From contig SLCY01000023.1 of the NCBI GenBank assembly GCA_007125585.1, forward strand, positions 1 to 60,739: DNA of 60,739 nt, given 5' to 3'. The DNA is from Bacteroidales bacterium. GTDB lineage: Bacteria; Bacteroidota; Bacteroidia; Bacteroidales; UBA7960. The notes beneath the pieces were generated by a model, which was not told where the DNA came from, made no database searches, and saw only the letters and a list, made by a program, of their open reading frames with translations. The translations under genes were made by a program, and so were the position numbers. Positions 37,037-47,253 of the stretch are shown here, piece after piece (position 1 is the first letter of the stretch; the number at the start of each line of letters is the position of its first letter).

Positions 37037-38977
37037 ATGATAAGTATTACATTACCAGACAAATCGGTCAAGGAGTTTCCGGAAGGCGTCACCGGGTTAG
37101 AGGTTGCCAGGAGCCTATCTGAGGGGTTGGCGCGTAATGTTTTGTCCGTCACTGTGAATGGTGAAGTTTGGGATTTGGACAGGCCGATCCGGGAAGATGC
37201 CGACATCAAGCTAAATACATGGGATGATAAAGAAGGGCGCGCCACGATGTGGCACTCGTCGGCCCACCTGATGGCTGCGGCCATAGAAGAGTTATATCCC
37301 GGGACCAAATTCGGGATCGGTCCGGATGTGGAGAATGGTTTCTACTATGACATCGACCTGGGTGACAAATCCATTTCCAGCAATGATTTTGACAAGATAG
37401 AGAACAAGATGCTGGAGATTGCCAGAAGGAAAGAGAATTTTGTACGGACAGAGGTTCCTAAGCAGGAAGCCTTGTCCTATTACAGCAAGAAGGGTGATGA
37501 ATACAAGGTTGATCTCATCAGTGACCTGGATGATGGCACAATAAGTTTTTATCATTCGGGCAATTTCACCGATCTGTGTCGCGGTCCGCACCTGTTGGAC
37601 ACCAGCCCCATCAAGGCGGTGAAATTGCTCAATACGGCCGGGGCCTACTGGCGTGGCGACGAAACACGCAAGCAGCTTACAAGGGTATACGGGATCTCTT
37701 TTCCGAAGCAGAAGATGCTCAAGGAGTACCTGGAGATGCTGGAGGAGGCAAAAAAGCGCGATCACCGTAAGATTGGCAGGGAGCTGGAGCTTTTCACCTT
37801 TTCTTCGACGGTTGGACAGGGGTTGCCATTATGGTTGCCAAAAGGTGCCGAGTTGCGTGAGAACCTGGAGAAATACCTGAAGAAGATCCAGCGCAAGGCA
37901 GGATATCAGCCTGTTATCTCCCCCCATATTGGCAACAAAAGCCTTTACATCACCAGTGGTCATTATGACAAATACGGTGATGACTCGTTCAGGCCAATTT
38001 CCACTCCCTCGGAAGGTGAGGAGTTTTTCCTGAAACCGATGAACTGCCCGCACCATTGCGAAATTTTCAAGAACAAACAATATTCTTACAGGGATCTCCC
38101 TGTCAGGTTTGCGGAGTTCGGCACGGTATATCGTTATGAGCAAAGTGGAGAACTGCACGGGTTGACCCGGGTACGCGGCTTCACACAGGACGATGCCCAT
38201 ATTTTTTGCCGTCCGGACCAGGTTAAAGAGGAGTTCATTGCGGTGATTGACATTGTCTTAATGATATTCAGGGCGCTGGATTTTTCGGATTACAGTGTTC
38301 AAATATCGTTGCGCGATCCCGACAAGATGGAGAAATATATCGGGACAGATGAGAACTGGGATAAAGCAGAGCAGGCCATTATTGAAGCAACGGAAGAAAA
38401 AGGGCTGAAGGCAGAGATCGTAAAAGGGGAGGCAGCTTTTTACGGGCCCAAGCTCGATTTCATGGTACAGGATGCCCTGGGCCGCAAGTGGCAGCTGGGT
38501 ACCATCCAGGTAGACTATAACCTGCCCGACCGTTTTGAGCTTGAATACATTGGCAGCGACAACCAAAAACACCGTCCGGTCATGATCCACAGGGCACCAT
38601 TTGGTTCCATGGAGCGTTTCGTCGCTGTTATGATCGAACATTGCGCCGGTAATTTCCCGCTGTGGCTTACGCCAGACCAAGCTATAATATTGCCAATCAG
38701 CGAGAAGTATGCAAAATATGCGAAAAAATTGTTATCTTTGCTGAATAATTACGAAATTCGCACGCTGATTGACGAACGCAACGAGAAAACGGGAAAGAAA
38801 ATTCGGGATGCCGAAACGCGCAAGATCCCATACATGCTTATAGTTGGCGAGAGAGAAGAAGCCGAAGGAACTTTGTCTGTGAGAAAACACGGAGAAGGAG
38901 ACCTGGGCACCCAAACCATTGAAGAATTTGTCAAACTGGTTGAGAAAGAGATACAGCGGCTCATACCTGAATCATGA
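37037..38977 (+). CDS. thrS: Threonine--tRNA ligase
   Basis: TGS domain, [49 protein letters not shown]. Confidence 0.98.
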   Translation: MISITLPDKSVKEFPEGVTGLEVARSLSEGLARNVLSVTVNGEVWDLDRPIREDADIKLNTWDDKEGRATMWHSSAHLMAAAIEELYPGTKFGIGPDVENGFYYDIDLGDKSISSNDFDKIENKMLEIARRKENFVRTEVPKQEALSYYSKKGDEYKVDLISDLDDGTISFYHSGNFTDLCRGPHLLDTSPIKAVKLLNTAGAYWRGDETRKQLTRVYGISFPKQKMLKEYLEMLEEAKKRDHRKIGRELELFTFSSTVGQGLPLWLPKGAELRENLEKYLKKIQRKAGYQPVISPHIGNKSLYITSGHYDKYGDDSFRPISTPSEGEEFFLKPMNCPHHCEIFKNKQYSYRDLPVRFAEFGTVYRYEQSGELHGLTRVRGFTQDDAHIFCRPDQVKEEFIAVIDIVLMIFRALDFSDYSVQISLRDPDKMEKYIGTDENWDKAEQAIIEATEEKGLKAEIVKGEAAFYGPKLDFMVQDALGRKWQLGTIQVDYNLPDRFELEYIGSDNQKHRPVMIHRAPFGSMERFVAVMIEHCAGNFPLWLTPDQAIILPISEKYAKYAKKLLSLLNNYEIRTLIDERNEKTGKKIRDAETRKIPYMLIVGEREEAEGTLSVRKHGEGDLGTQTIEEFVKLVEKEIQRLIPES

Positions 38978-39027
38978 ACAACAACAGGAAATTGTTTTTT
39001 ATTAACCAAACATAGGAGGGACGAAAA

Positions 39028-39594
39028 ATAGCAACACCATTCAAACCCAGAGGCAGAAGGCGTTTCGTAAAAAAAGAAGATCCACACCGTATCAACAACC
39101 GCATCAACGCCCCTGTTGTGCGTGTGGTTGGAGACAATGTAGAAGCGGATATCCACCCCATCAGGGATGCACTGAACATGGCCGACGATCTGGGCCTTGA
39201 CCTGGTGGAGATCGCACCAACAGCCAATCCGCCGGTTTGCAAGATCATGGATTACAAAAAGTTTCTCTACGAACAAAAAAAGAAACAGAAAGAGATCAAA
39301 GCAAATGCGGCAAAAGTGGTGGTGAAGGAGATTCGGCTCGGCCCAAACACCGATGACCATGACTTGAACTTCAAAATCAAGCATGCCATCAAGTTCTTGC
39401 AGGAAGGAGCGAAATTAAAGGTATACGTGTTTTTCAAGGGTCGAACCATCATCTACAAGGAGAAAGGTGAGTTGATGCTGCTACGCTTTGCCCAGGAAGT
39501 GGAAGACTATGGCAAAGTAGAACAAATGCCGAAAATGGAAGGGAAACGGATGATCATGTTTGTTTCATCCAAAAAATTTGGAAAAAAGAATTAA
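39028..39594 (+). CDS. infC: Translation initiation factor IF-3, inferred ATA start
   Basis: The conserved RIN..I motif lies upstream of the GTG at 39118. In-frame ATA at 39028 is preceded by AGGAGG (39014-39019); an in-frame TAG at 39013 limits further extension. Confidence 0.92.
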   Translation: MATPFKPRGRRRFVKKEDPHRINNRINAPVVRVVGDNVEADIHPIRDALNMADDLGLDLVEIAPTANPPVCKIMDYKKFLYEQKKKQKEIKANAAKVVVKEIRLGPNTDDHDLNFKIKHAIKFLQEGAKLKVYVFFKGRTIIYKEKGELMLLRFAQEVEDYGKVEQMPKMEGKRMIMFVSSKKFGKKN

Positions 39595-39631
39595 TGTTCA
39601 TTGTTTAATAAACCTGTAAATTGATAGTATA

Positions 39632-39826
39632 ATGCCCAAAATGAAGACCAAATCCGGGGCCAAAAAGCGGTTTTCTCTTACCGCCTCCGGTCGAATAAAA
39701 CGCAAACATGCTTACAAGAGTCATATTTTGACGAAAAAAAGCAAAAAGAGAAAGAGGAATCTGACGAAAACGACCTTTGTTCATAAAGCAGACGAAAAAA
39801 ACATCAAGGCCATGCTGGCCATGTAA
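39632..39826 (+). CDS. rpmI: 50S ribosomal protein bL35
   Basis: [14 protein letters not shown]...HILTKK. Confidence 0.98.
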   Translation: MPKMKTKSGAKKRFSLTASGRIKRKHAYKSHILTKKSKKRKRNLTKTTFVHKADEKNIKAMLAM

Positions 39827-39915
39827 TATAAGCAACCAGTATTCACTTTTGTTTAAGCCTGATAAGTCTTTCCCGGCAATAGAGGAAAGCGCTAAACGAA
39901 AAAAAACATCAAACC

Positions 39916-40260
39916 ATGCCACGATCGATCAATAAAGTCGCCGCGAGGCGCAAACGAAAAAAGCTTTTAAAGCTCACCAAGGGTTATTTTGGTGCAAGAA
40001 AGAATGTGTACACGGTAGCGAAGAACACCTGGGAAAAGGGGTTGACCTATGCTTACCGCGACAGGCGCAATAAAAAGAGAGAGTTCAGAAAGCTCTGGAT
40101 ACAGCGTATCAATGCCGCTGTGCGCCAATACGACATGAGTTATTCCCAATTTATAGGTAAACTGAATGCAAAAAATGTCCAGATCAACCGTAAAGTACTG
40201 GCCGATCTGGCCATGAACCATCCCGATGCTTTCAAGGCCATTGTTGATTCAGTGAAATAG
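39916..40260 (+). CDS. rplT: 50S ribosomal protein bL20
   Basis: MPRS...KGYFGAR...[23 protein letters not shown]. Confidence 0.98.
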   Translation: MPRSINKVAARRKRKKLLKLTKGYFGARKNVYTVAKNTWEKGLTYAYRDRRNKKREFRKLWIQRINAAVRQYDMSYSQFIGKLNAKNVQINRKVLADLAMNHPDAFKAIVDSVK

Positions 40261-40291
40261 ACATCAGATCAGAACAATATGGACAATCAAT

Positions 40292-40322
40292 AAAGGGGAG
40301 GCCACTGGTGGCCTCTTTTTTT
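40292..40322 (+). terminator. Probable bidirectional terminator after rplT
   Basis: GAGGCCA-ctgg-TGGCCTC flanked by AAAGGG and a T run, between convergent genes. Confidence 0.8.
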
Positions 40323-41406
40323 ATAACCATATCTCCTCTACCAGTCGACCCATTTCATCATACCTGTAAACGCGGCTCCACTCTTTGTTCCCTTCACCAT
40401 CATACCAAGACCATCCGGTTTTTAAACCCTCTTTGTTGTATGTCATCCGGTAAGACATCTCAATGCTGCCCCCAGGGTCAAGCCTTGTGTAGGCGGTCAG
40501 ATTGCCCCTGTTGTCATAGACCTTCCCTATTGACCAGGCCAGTCTGTTCCGGTCATCATAACTTTTTGTTTGTATGCGGTTGTTGTTCTGGTCATAAGTG
40601 TAAAGGAATGAATGGTACATGCGATAACGCAAGGTCCTGTTAAATAAGCGTCTGTATGCACGATACCGCCGCTGCTCAATCCTGTTGCCGGCCTCGTCGT
40701 AATGAAAAGTCCTGACCTTCTTCAGTTGGCCGTCTTCATTGTACCATTTTACAGCGATCCGCATGCCCCGCTGATCATAGTCATAAACATACCTCCACTG
40801 CAGCTTGCCATCGCCGCCGTAAACATTTTGTCCGACACAGTTGCCACGATTGTCATATTCATAAAGATACTGACGGCTCAACTTGCCAGCGGGGTCAAGC
40901 CATCTCTCCTCCATACGGTTACCTTGCCTGTTGTAACGGTAAAGACGGGTCCATTCCACTTTGTCGCCGGGCCCATGGTGTCGCCATTCTGTCCGGTTCC
41001 ATGCATTGTCGTAACGGTAATAATTACCGGACAGAATTTTGGTATCCTGATCATAGCTGATCTGTTCTGTAATATTTCCCAAAGCATCATAGGATATCTC
41101 AACCTTTTCCAGCAGATCGCCCCTGGTGTCATACTTCTTCTCCTGCACGAGCTGACCCTTGTCATCATAGTAAAAGCGATGCTCTTTTTGCAGCACACCT
41201 CCCGATCCATATTCCACTGTCCTTACCTTTTTGCCTTCGGCATCATATTCATGGATCATTTTCATGAGGTAATCATCCACAGACACTTCCGCACCCCGGG
41301 GATTCTTTTCAATGGTTTGTTCCGGCTGGTGCAGACCTCCCTTGCAATCGGCTGACAACAAAAGACATCCAAAAAAGAACAGTATGGCGGCAAAGGGCCC
41401 CATCAT
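40321..41406 (-). CDS. Exported YD-repeat protein
   Basis: Hydrophobic signal with Cys residues, then about a dozen ~24-aa repeats of the form YxYDxxGNxxExxxYxxxGxL. Confidence 0.75.
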   Translation of the reverse strand: MMGPFAAILFFFGCLLLSADCKGGLHQPEQTIEKNPRGAEVSVDDYLMKMIHEYDAEGKKVRTVEYGSGGVLQKEHRFYYDDKGQLVQEKKYDTRGDLLEKVEISYDALGNITEQISYDQDTKILSGNYYRYDNAWNRTEWRHHGPGDKVEWTRLYRYNRQGNRMEERWLDPAGKLSRQYLYEYDNRGNCVGQNVYGGDGKLQWRYVYDYDQRGMRIAVKWYNEDGQLKKVRTFHYDEAGNRIEQRRYRAYRRLFNRTLRYRMYHSFLYTYDQNNNRIQTKSYDDRNRLAWSIGKVYDNRGNLTAYTRLDPGGSIEMSYRMTYNKEGLKTGWSWYDGEGNKEWSRVYRYDEMGRLVEEIWL

Positions 41407-41445
41407 TTTACCGGTTTATGATTTTCATTCAATATAATAAAAATC

Positions 41446-42108
41446 TCAGTGCGAAGAGATCCTTCCCGACACTTCCACGAATTCGGCCATGATCATGGCT
41501 GTGGCGCCCCAGATGGTTTGTCCGTTGACCAGGTAACAGGGTGTTTTAAGGCATTGTCCGTTTGACAAAGTGATTGGGACCATTTTTACATTCTCCTTCC
41601 TCAGAAACTGTGCAATAGGCAATTCCAGAATGTATGCCACCTCTTTCCGGTCCGGTTCAAACTGGGGCTTTTCCGAAGACAGTCCGACGAAAGGGCTGAC
41701 ACGATGGTTGCTTGGTGGTATATACAGGTCCGTAAGCCGTTTGACAACCTCCACCTTTGCAGGATCAATGCCTATCTCTTCTTTTGCTTCACGCAGGGCT
41801 GTCTGTTGGAGATCCGCGTCTTGCGGTTCAAACCGGCCGCCGGGAAATGATATCTGACCACTATGGATACCCTCATAGGCAGGTCGTTGAATCAGAGCTG
41901 TCATGGTGTTTTCGTGGTCATCCGGGTACAAAAGAATGAGGACACTGCTTTTGACAGCCTTTGAGCCAGCTCCCATCCCTTTGATCTCGTCCTGCCGCAG
42001 CAGGGGGGCCATGTTGAGTTGTGCCTGCAGCCCGGGTAAAATGCCGCGGGTATCCCGGCGAAGCTTACCGGCGTAGTCGGGGAAGGGGATATGATCTTTA
42101 TGCTTCAT
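41446..42108 (-). CDS. CoA pyrophosphatase (NudL-like NUDIX hydrolase)
   Basis: HSGQISFPGG, TALREAKEEIG, IWGATA. Start overlaps the photolyase stop (ATGA). Confidence 0.9.
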   Translation of the reverse strand: MKHKDHIPFPDYAGKLRRDTRGILPGLQAQLNMAPLLRQDEIKGMGAGSKAVKSSVLILLYPDDHENTMTALIQRPAYEGIHSGQISFPGGRFEPQDADLQQTALREAKEEIGIDPAKVEVVKRLTDLYIPPSNHRVSPFVGLSSEKPQFEPDRKEVAYILELPIAQFLRKENVKMVPITLSNGQCLKTPCYLVNGQTIWGATAMIMAEFVEVSGRISSH

Positions 42109-43415
42109 CGGTTGTCAAGGGCCTTACGATATGCTTTCAGGCACCTTTCCCGGGCCCTGGCATGGTCTGTCACCGGCATCGGATAATCCAGGCTGTCCAG
42201 TTCAGGGATCCATTGCCGGATAAAGACAGTATCGGGATCAAATTTTTTTTGCTGGGACATTGGGTTAAAAATACGAAAATATGGCGCTGCATCGCATCCC
42301 GTTCCAGCGCTCCATTGCCAACCGCCGTTATTTGACGACAGCTCGTAATCAAATAACTTCTCCCCAAACCAGGCTTCCCCCCAGCGCCAATCGATCAGCA
42401 AATGTTTGCTGAGAAAGCTGGCAGTGACCATACGCAAACGATTATGCATATAACCTGTTTTGCTTAATTGACGCATTCCTGCATCCACCATGGGATAACC
42501 TGTTTGGCCCTTTTGCCACAAGCTGAACTGTCGCTCATCATTGAGCCATTCGATCCGGTCATATCGGGATTTAAAGGACTGGTCAACCACTTGTGGATAG
42601 TGCCAGAGGATCATGGCATAAAACTCCCGCCATATGAGCTCATTGAGAAAGGTCTCGTTCCACTGTATGGCATTTTTTATCAGGGTGCGTATGCTGAGGG
42701 TGCCAAAACGCAGATGTACACCCAGGCGACTCGTACCTTCTTTTGCAGGGAAATCACGGTTTTTATGATAGTCACGGATGAGGCTTTCATCAACATGCAA
42801 GGGTGGTGCCTGCAGGGTGGATTTTCTCAGCCCCAGTTCCTCCAGTGCAGGGAAAGCGGCATCCCGTTGACCGGCCAGTTGTGACAACATCTCTTCCGAA
42901 GCATGGTATGCCAGATGTTTATCTGACAGGCGCTCCTTCCACCGATGGCTGTAGGGTGTAAAGACATGGTAGGGCGACTGATCGGATTTCAGCACCTCCT
43001 CTTTCGCCATCACCAGGTGATCGAGATATTGCTGAAAGCCAACACCATGTTCTTTTAACACAATGCGCACCTGCTCGTCTCTCTCAATACCGTACGGCTC
43101 ATGATCAGCATTGCAAACGACTGTCTCTATGGTGTATTGTTTCAACAGCTGCCGGAACACTTCCGGGGGGTCCCCTTTTCTGACCAGAAGGACTTTGCCT
43201 TTTTCCTTCAACGAGGCCTGCATGGCATCCAATGTCCGGTAAATGAAATACACCCGGTGGTCATCCGCCGGCAAAGGATCCAATATGTAATCATCAAAGA
43301 TGAAAAGGGGCAGCACCTTTTTGCCGCTTCTCAGGGCATGGTACAGTCCTTTGTTCTCATTCAGGCGCAAATCGCGGCGAAACCAAAAAAGAACGTATGG
43401 GCCTTCCTTTTTCAC
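42105..43415 (-). CDS. phrB: Deoxyribodipyrimidine photolyase
   Basis: WFRRDLRL, TSRL..HL.FG, ELIWREFY, GQTGYPMVDAGMRQL..TGYMHNRLRM, NNGGWQW, PYFRIFNP. GTG start. Confidence 0.93.
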   Translation of the reverse strand: MKKEGPYVLFWFRRDLRLNENKGLYHALRSGKKVLPLFIFDDYILDPLPADDHRVYFIYRTLDAMQASLKEKGKVLLVRKGDPPEVFRQLLKQYTIETVVCNADHEPYGIERDEQVRIVLKEHGVGFQQYLDHLVMAKEEVLKSDQSPYHVFTPYSHRWKERLSDKHLAYHASEEMLSQLAGQRDAAFPALEELGLRKSTLQAPPLHVDESLIRDYHKNRDFPAKEGTSRLGVHLRFGTLSIRTLIKNAIQWNETFLNELIWREFYAMILWHYPQVVDQSFKSRYDRIEWLNDERQFSLWQKGQTGYPMVDAGMRQLSKTGYMHNRLRMVTASFLSKHLLIDWRWGEAWFGEKLFDYELSSNNGGWQWSAGTGCDAAPYFRIFNPMSQQKKFDPDTVFIRQWIPELDSLDYPMPVTDHARARERCLKAYRKALDNR

Positions 43416-43501
43416 AAAAACATCATGTGATTGTTATTTGCAATAGTAGCAAATAAATGAAATAAAACCTATTGAAGCAATGAACAATATCAAAGAAGAA
43501 T

Positions 43502-43509
43502 TAACTTTG
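43502..43509 (+). promoter_or_regulatory. -7 box for the YidE/AspT-family transporter
   Basis: TAACTTTG followed by CA. Confidence 0.65.
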
Positions 43510-43563
43510 CATCGCACTACAAGTTAACCTGCATTCTTTTGGAATGTTCAATGTTGTGTTTCA

Positions 43564-45153
43564 ATGACTGATTTGATTTACGAAGGTTATTTTGCCCTGT
43601 TTCTGATCATCACCTTGGGTATTATTCTTGGGAGTGTAAAGTTCAGGGGGTTCTCACTAGATATATCGGCCGTTGTGTTTGTGGCTTTGATCATGGGCCA
43701 TTATGGGATCATGGTTCCGGAAGCTTTTCAGACCATCGGTCTTGTTTTTTTCATTTTTACGATTGGGATACAGGCCGGGCCGGGCTTTTTTGATGCCTTT
43801 AAAAAAACGGGCAGGCAGTTTCTGGGTGTTTGCCTTCTCCTGGTCAGTGTTGCCGCTTTGCTGAGTTTCTTCCTGACCCGCTTTTTTGGCCTGGATCCCC
43901 ATTTGGGCGTTGGGATCTTCAACGGAGCCCTGACAAGCACTTCCGGACTGGCGGCTGCCATTGACATTTCGGAATCTACCCTGCCATCTGTTGGTTATGG
44001 GGTTGTCTATCCGGCCGGTGCAGTAATGGCCATACTGATCATTCATCTGTTGCCCGTCATTCTTCGTGTTGACATGAAAGATGAAGAAAAGAGGTATCTT
44101 GAAAAGGCGCAGGAGGACCACCCGGCTGTCAGTGTTCAGAATTTTGTTGTAGAGAACAAAAACATCCATGGGAAGACGATCCGTGAGCTGGGTATCGGCA
44201 CCATGACACGTGCCGTGATCAGTCGTATCAAGCATGGTGGTGATGTTTATGCACCCGGCGGAAAGACCCGGCTGTACCTTGGCGACATGGTAAAGGTCGT
44301 CGGCACCGATGAGGCACTTGACAAGGTGGAATTGATGATCGGTCCACGCACGGACAAAGAAATGCCGCAAGCCGCCGGTTATAAGATCAACTGGGTGCTT
44401 GTCACCAGCAAGGAGGTGATCAACAAGAGCCTGAATGAATTGAACCTTACGGCTTACTATAATGCGACCATTACGCGGATCCGCCGCAGCGGGGTGGAGA
44501 TCTCCCCACACGGCAACAGTACGCTTCGTTTTGGTGATAAATTATTGCTTGCCTCCGATGAAGATAATATGACCAGGGTGATGAAATTGTTGGGCAATAA
44601 TGAAAAGCGGCTCAGTGAGACCAACTTTCTGCCCATCAGCCTGGGCATAATTATTGGGGTGTTGCTGGGTGCCGTCAGTTTCCCATTCTTTGGCCTGTTT
44701 GAGTTTTCACTGGGCATCACCGGCGGGGTGCTCACTGCAGCACTGGTGCTCAGCAGGATCGGAAAGACAGGCCCGGTGATCTGGAATATGTCAGGCGGTG
44801 CCAACAACCTGCTCAGGAAGCTGGGGCTGCTGATGTTTCTGGCCACCGTGGGGACCCATGCAGGTGCGCATATTGCCGATGCCCTGATCGAGTATGGATG
44901 GACACTGTTATGGACAGGCCTGACCATCACTACCATTCCCATGGTGCTTACAACCCTCATCGGCCGATACGCACTGAAGATGAACTTTGCTACCCTGCTG
45001 GGCGTTGTGGCCGGGAGCATGACCAGCACCCCGGGACTGGCTGCTGCTGATGCCAAAACAGACTCCGATGCTGCCACCCTGGGCTACGCTACCGTGTACC
45101 CACTGGCACTGGTGCTGATGATCATTTTCTCCAAGGTCCTCAGTGTGATTTAG
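43564..45153 (+). CDS. AspT/YidE/YbjL family antiporter with two TrkA-C domains
   Basis: Duplicated membrane halves (IGIQAGPGFF, GALTSTSGL; GSMTSTPGL, YATVYP) around a soluble RCK-C pair. Confidence 0.9.
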   Translation: MTDLIYEGYFALFLIITLGIILGSVKFRGFSLDISAVVFVALIMGHYGIMVPEAFQTIGLVFFIFTIGIQAGPGFFDAFKKTGRQFLGVCLLLVSVAALLSFFLTRFFGLDPHLGVGIFNGALTSTSGLAAAIDISESTLPSVGYGVVYPAGAVMAILIIHLLPVILRVDMKDEEKRYLEKAQEDHPAVSVQNFVVENKNIHGKTIRELGIGTMTRAVISRIKHGGDVYAPGGKTRLYLGDMVKVVGTDEALDKVELMIGPRTDKEMPQAAGYKINWVLVTSKEVINKSLNELNLTAYYNATITRIRRSGVEISPHGNSTLRFGDKLLLASDEDNMTRVMKLLGNNEKRLSETNFLPISLGIIIGVLLGAVSFPFFGLFEFSLGITGGVLTAALVLSRIGKTGPVIWNMSGGANNLLRKLGLLMFLATVGTHAGAHIADALIEYGWTLLWTGLTITTIPMVLTTLIGRYALKMNFATLLGVVAGSMTSTPGLAAADAKTDSDAATLGYATVYPLALVLMIIFSKVLSVI

Positions 45154-45159
45154 CATTTG

Positions 45160-45531
45160 TTATTTTTTACTCTCTATTTCCTCTTCAATGATGCGCTTCA
45201 ACTCCTCAAGTTCCGATGCCGTCAGGCCTTTTTCATGAGAAAAAAAGGAAACCATTTGCCGGAGCGAATTGCCAAAATACTTCAATAAGATCCCTTTCAT
45301 CATTACCCGCGTATAGGTCGATTTATCAATCAGCGGGAAATATTCATGTGCTTTGCCATAGGCCCTGTATCCGACAAATCCCTTCTTCTGGAGGATACGC
45401 ACAATGGTCGATACGGTGGTGTAGGCAGGTCTGGGTTCTTTAAAACGAGAAAGGATATCCTTGACAAAACCTGACTTAATTTGCCACAAAATATGCATCA
45501 CCTGCTCTTCTGCCCTGGTCAGCTCCTTCAT
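45160..45531 (-). CDS. BlaI/MecI/CopY family repressor
   Basis: LTRAEEQVM.ILW, AYTTVSTIVRILQKKG, YFGNS, 123 aa. Confidence 0.92.
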   Translation of the reverse strand: MKELTRAEEQVMHILWQIKSGFVKDILSRFKEPRPAYTTVSTIVRILQKKGFVGYRAYGKAHEYFPLIDKSTYTRVMMKGILLKYFGNSLRQMVSFFSHEKGLTASELEELKRIIEEEIESKK

Positions 45532-45561
45532 ATATCAAAATTTTTGGTTTGTGAATGCAAA

Positions 45562-45600
45562 TATAACTATTTTTTTAGTTATACAACTAATTTATTAGTT
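45562..45600. promoter_or_regulatory. Tandem palindromic operators (AACTA-N6-TAGTT x2), probable BlaI-family sites
   Basis: AACTAttttttTAGTT (45565-45580) and AACTAatttatTAGTT (45585-45600). The first abuts the minus-strand -7 box TATATTTG (45558-45565). Confidence 0.75.
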
Positions 45601-45693
45601 TCTGAACAATAATCCTGCCAGAATCATTCAGGCGTAAACTATTTATTTTCTATTAATTTTGGGGTGATATATCCATGAGGACTAAACCCTGTG

Positions 45694-46164
45694 ATGATGG
45701 CAACAAATATGATGATCAGCAATCCCCAAAAAATCCAGGAAATTATTGATCAATGCGACACTTGTTATGTAGGCATGGTTGACCCGGAAGGCAAGCCTTA
45801 TGTGTTGCCTTTTAATTTTGGATTCGAGGAGGGTAGTATATTCTTGCACATGGCTGCCCAGGGAAAGAAAATGGAGGTTTTGAAAAACAATCCTGCTGTA
45901 TGTGTGGCATTCAGTACCGACCATGAATTGTTTCACAGGCACGACCAGGTTGCCTGCAGCTATGGGATGAGGTATCGAAGCGTACTGGCATATGGCAAGG
46001 CTGAATTTATTGATGATTATGATGAGAAAGTCCGGATCATGAATGTGACCATGCGTAAATATACCGGCAAGGATTTTACGTATAACCCGCCGGCCATTAG
46101 CAATGTATGCATCATCCGCATAAGTATAGAAAAAATTGAGGGGAAACTATCGGGATATTTCTGA
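45694..46164 (+). CDS. Pyridoxamine 5'-phosphate oxidase-like (NimA-type) flavin-binding protein
   Basis: GKPYVLPFNFG, FLHMA..GKK, NP.VC, YRSV..YG. TAATTTTG box at 45654-45661. Exact start uncertain. Confidence 0.85.
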   Translation: MMATNMMISNPQKIQEIIDQCDTCYVGMVDPEGKPYVLPFNFGFEEGSIFLHMAAQGKKMEVLKNNPAVCVAFSTDHELFHRHDQVACSYGMRYRSVLAYGKAEFIDDYDEKVRIMNVTMRKYTGKDFTYNPPAISNVCIIRISIEKIEGKLSGYF

Positions 46165-46166
46165 TG

Positions 46167-47177
46167 TCATTTATCCGGCTCATCCACCATCAATTGCCAG
46201 AGGGTATCTTTAAGCTTCTGGATCCCCAGATTAGTATGGGATGAGATAAAGACCATTTCCAGCCCTTTCAGGTCTTCTTCCAGCATCTGTTTCAGTTCAT
46301 CGAGGGTATCTTTGTCCAGCAGGTCACATTTCGTAATGGCCAGCAGCCGCTGTTTATCAAGCAATTCGGGATTATATTCGCGCAGTTCGTTGTATAAAAC
46401 ATCCACCTCTTTAGCGATATTACCGGCATCAACGGGTACCATTAGCAGCAGTATGGCATTGCGTTCAATATGTCGCAGGAAGCGGTGTCCGAGCCCTTTT
46501 CCTTTATGCGCCCCTTCGATGATGCCCGGGATGTCGGCCATCACGAATGATCGGTTGTCGCGGTAGGCCACCATTCCCAGGTTTGGGACAAGTGTGGTAA
46601 AGGGATAATCGGCGATTTCGGGTTTTGCGGCGCTGACAACGGACAGCAAGGTGGATTTTCCTGCATTCGGGAATCCGACCAGTCCGACGTCAGCGAGCAC
46701 CTTGAGCTCCAGGATAAACCATTTTTCCTGACCCGGTAGTCCGGGTTGGGCATATCTTGGGGTTTGCCTGGTGCTTGATTTAAAATGCACGTTACCCCTG
46801 CCTCCTTTACCGCCTTGAAGCAGGGTTGAGGTTTCGCCATTTTGGGTAATTTCTGTGACCACTTCCCCGGTTTCCGCATCTTTAATTACGGTACCAAGGG
46901 GGACCTCAACAATAACATCATCACCTGATGCCCCGCTGCTTCTCTGCTTGCCTCCGGGGCCTCCCGGCCTGGCTATCAGATGGCGGGTATATTTCAGATG
47001 CAGCAAAGTCCATAAATGGCTGTTGCCCCTTACAATGATGTTTCCCCCCCTGCCTCCGTCACCGCCGTCAGGCCCTCCTTTTGGGACAAACTTTTCACGT
47101 CTGAGGTGGGCGGAGCCTGCCCCACCCTTTCCTGACCGGCAACATATTTTTACATGATCAATGAAGTTGGCGTTCAT
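46167..47177 (-). CDS. obgE: GTPase ObgE/CgtA
   Basis: [34 protein letters not shown]. Confidence 0.97.
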   Translation of the reverse strand: MNANFIDHVKICCRSGKGGAGSAHLRREKFVPKGGPDGGDGGRGGNIIVRGNSHLWTLLHLKYTRHLIARPGGPGGKQRSSGASGDDVIVEVPLGTVIKDAETGEVVTEITQNGETSTLLQGGKGGRGNVHFKSSTRQTPRYAQPGLPGQEKWFILELKVLADVGLVGFPNAGKSTLLSVVSAAKPEIADYPFTTLVPNLGMVAYRDNRSFVMADIPGIIEGAHKGKGLGHRFLRHIERNAILLLMVPVDAGNIAKEVDVLYNELREYNPELLDKQRLLAITKCDLLDKDTLDELKQMLEEDLKGLEMVFISSHTNLGIQKLKDTLWQLMVDEPDK

Positions 47178-47253
47178 GGTGATGAACTTTTTTTCAGCGA
47201 CCCCACATGGTATCCCTTTCTGACATCCGGGAAGTCACCGGGGAGGCAGCAAA

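Noticed and set aside
40321-41406. Rhs toxin or CRISPR-like repeat array
   Set aside because: The periodicity is at the protein level only. No identical DNA repeats with spacers, Rhs core end or immunity gene.
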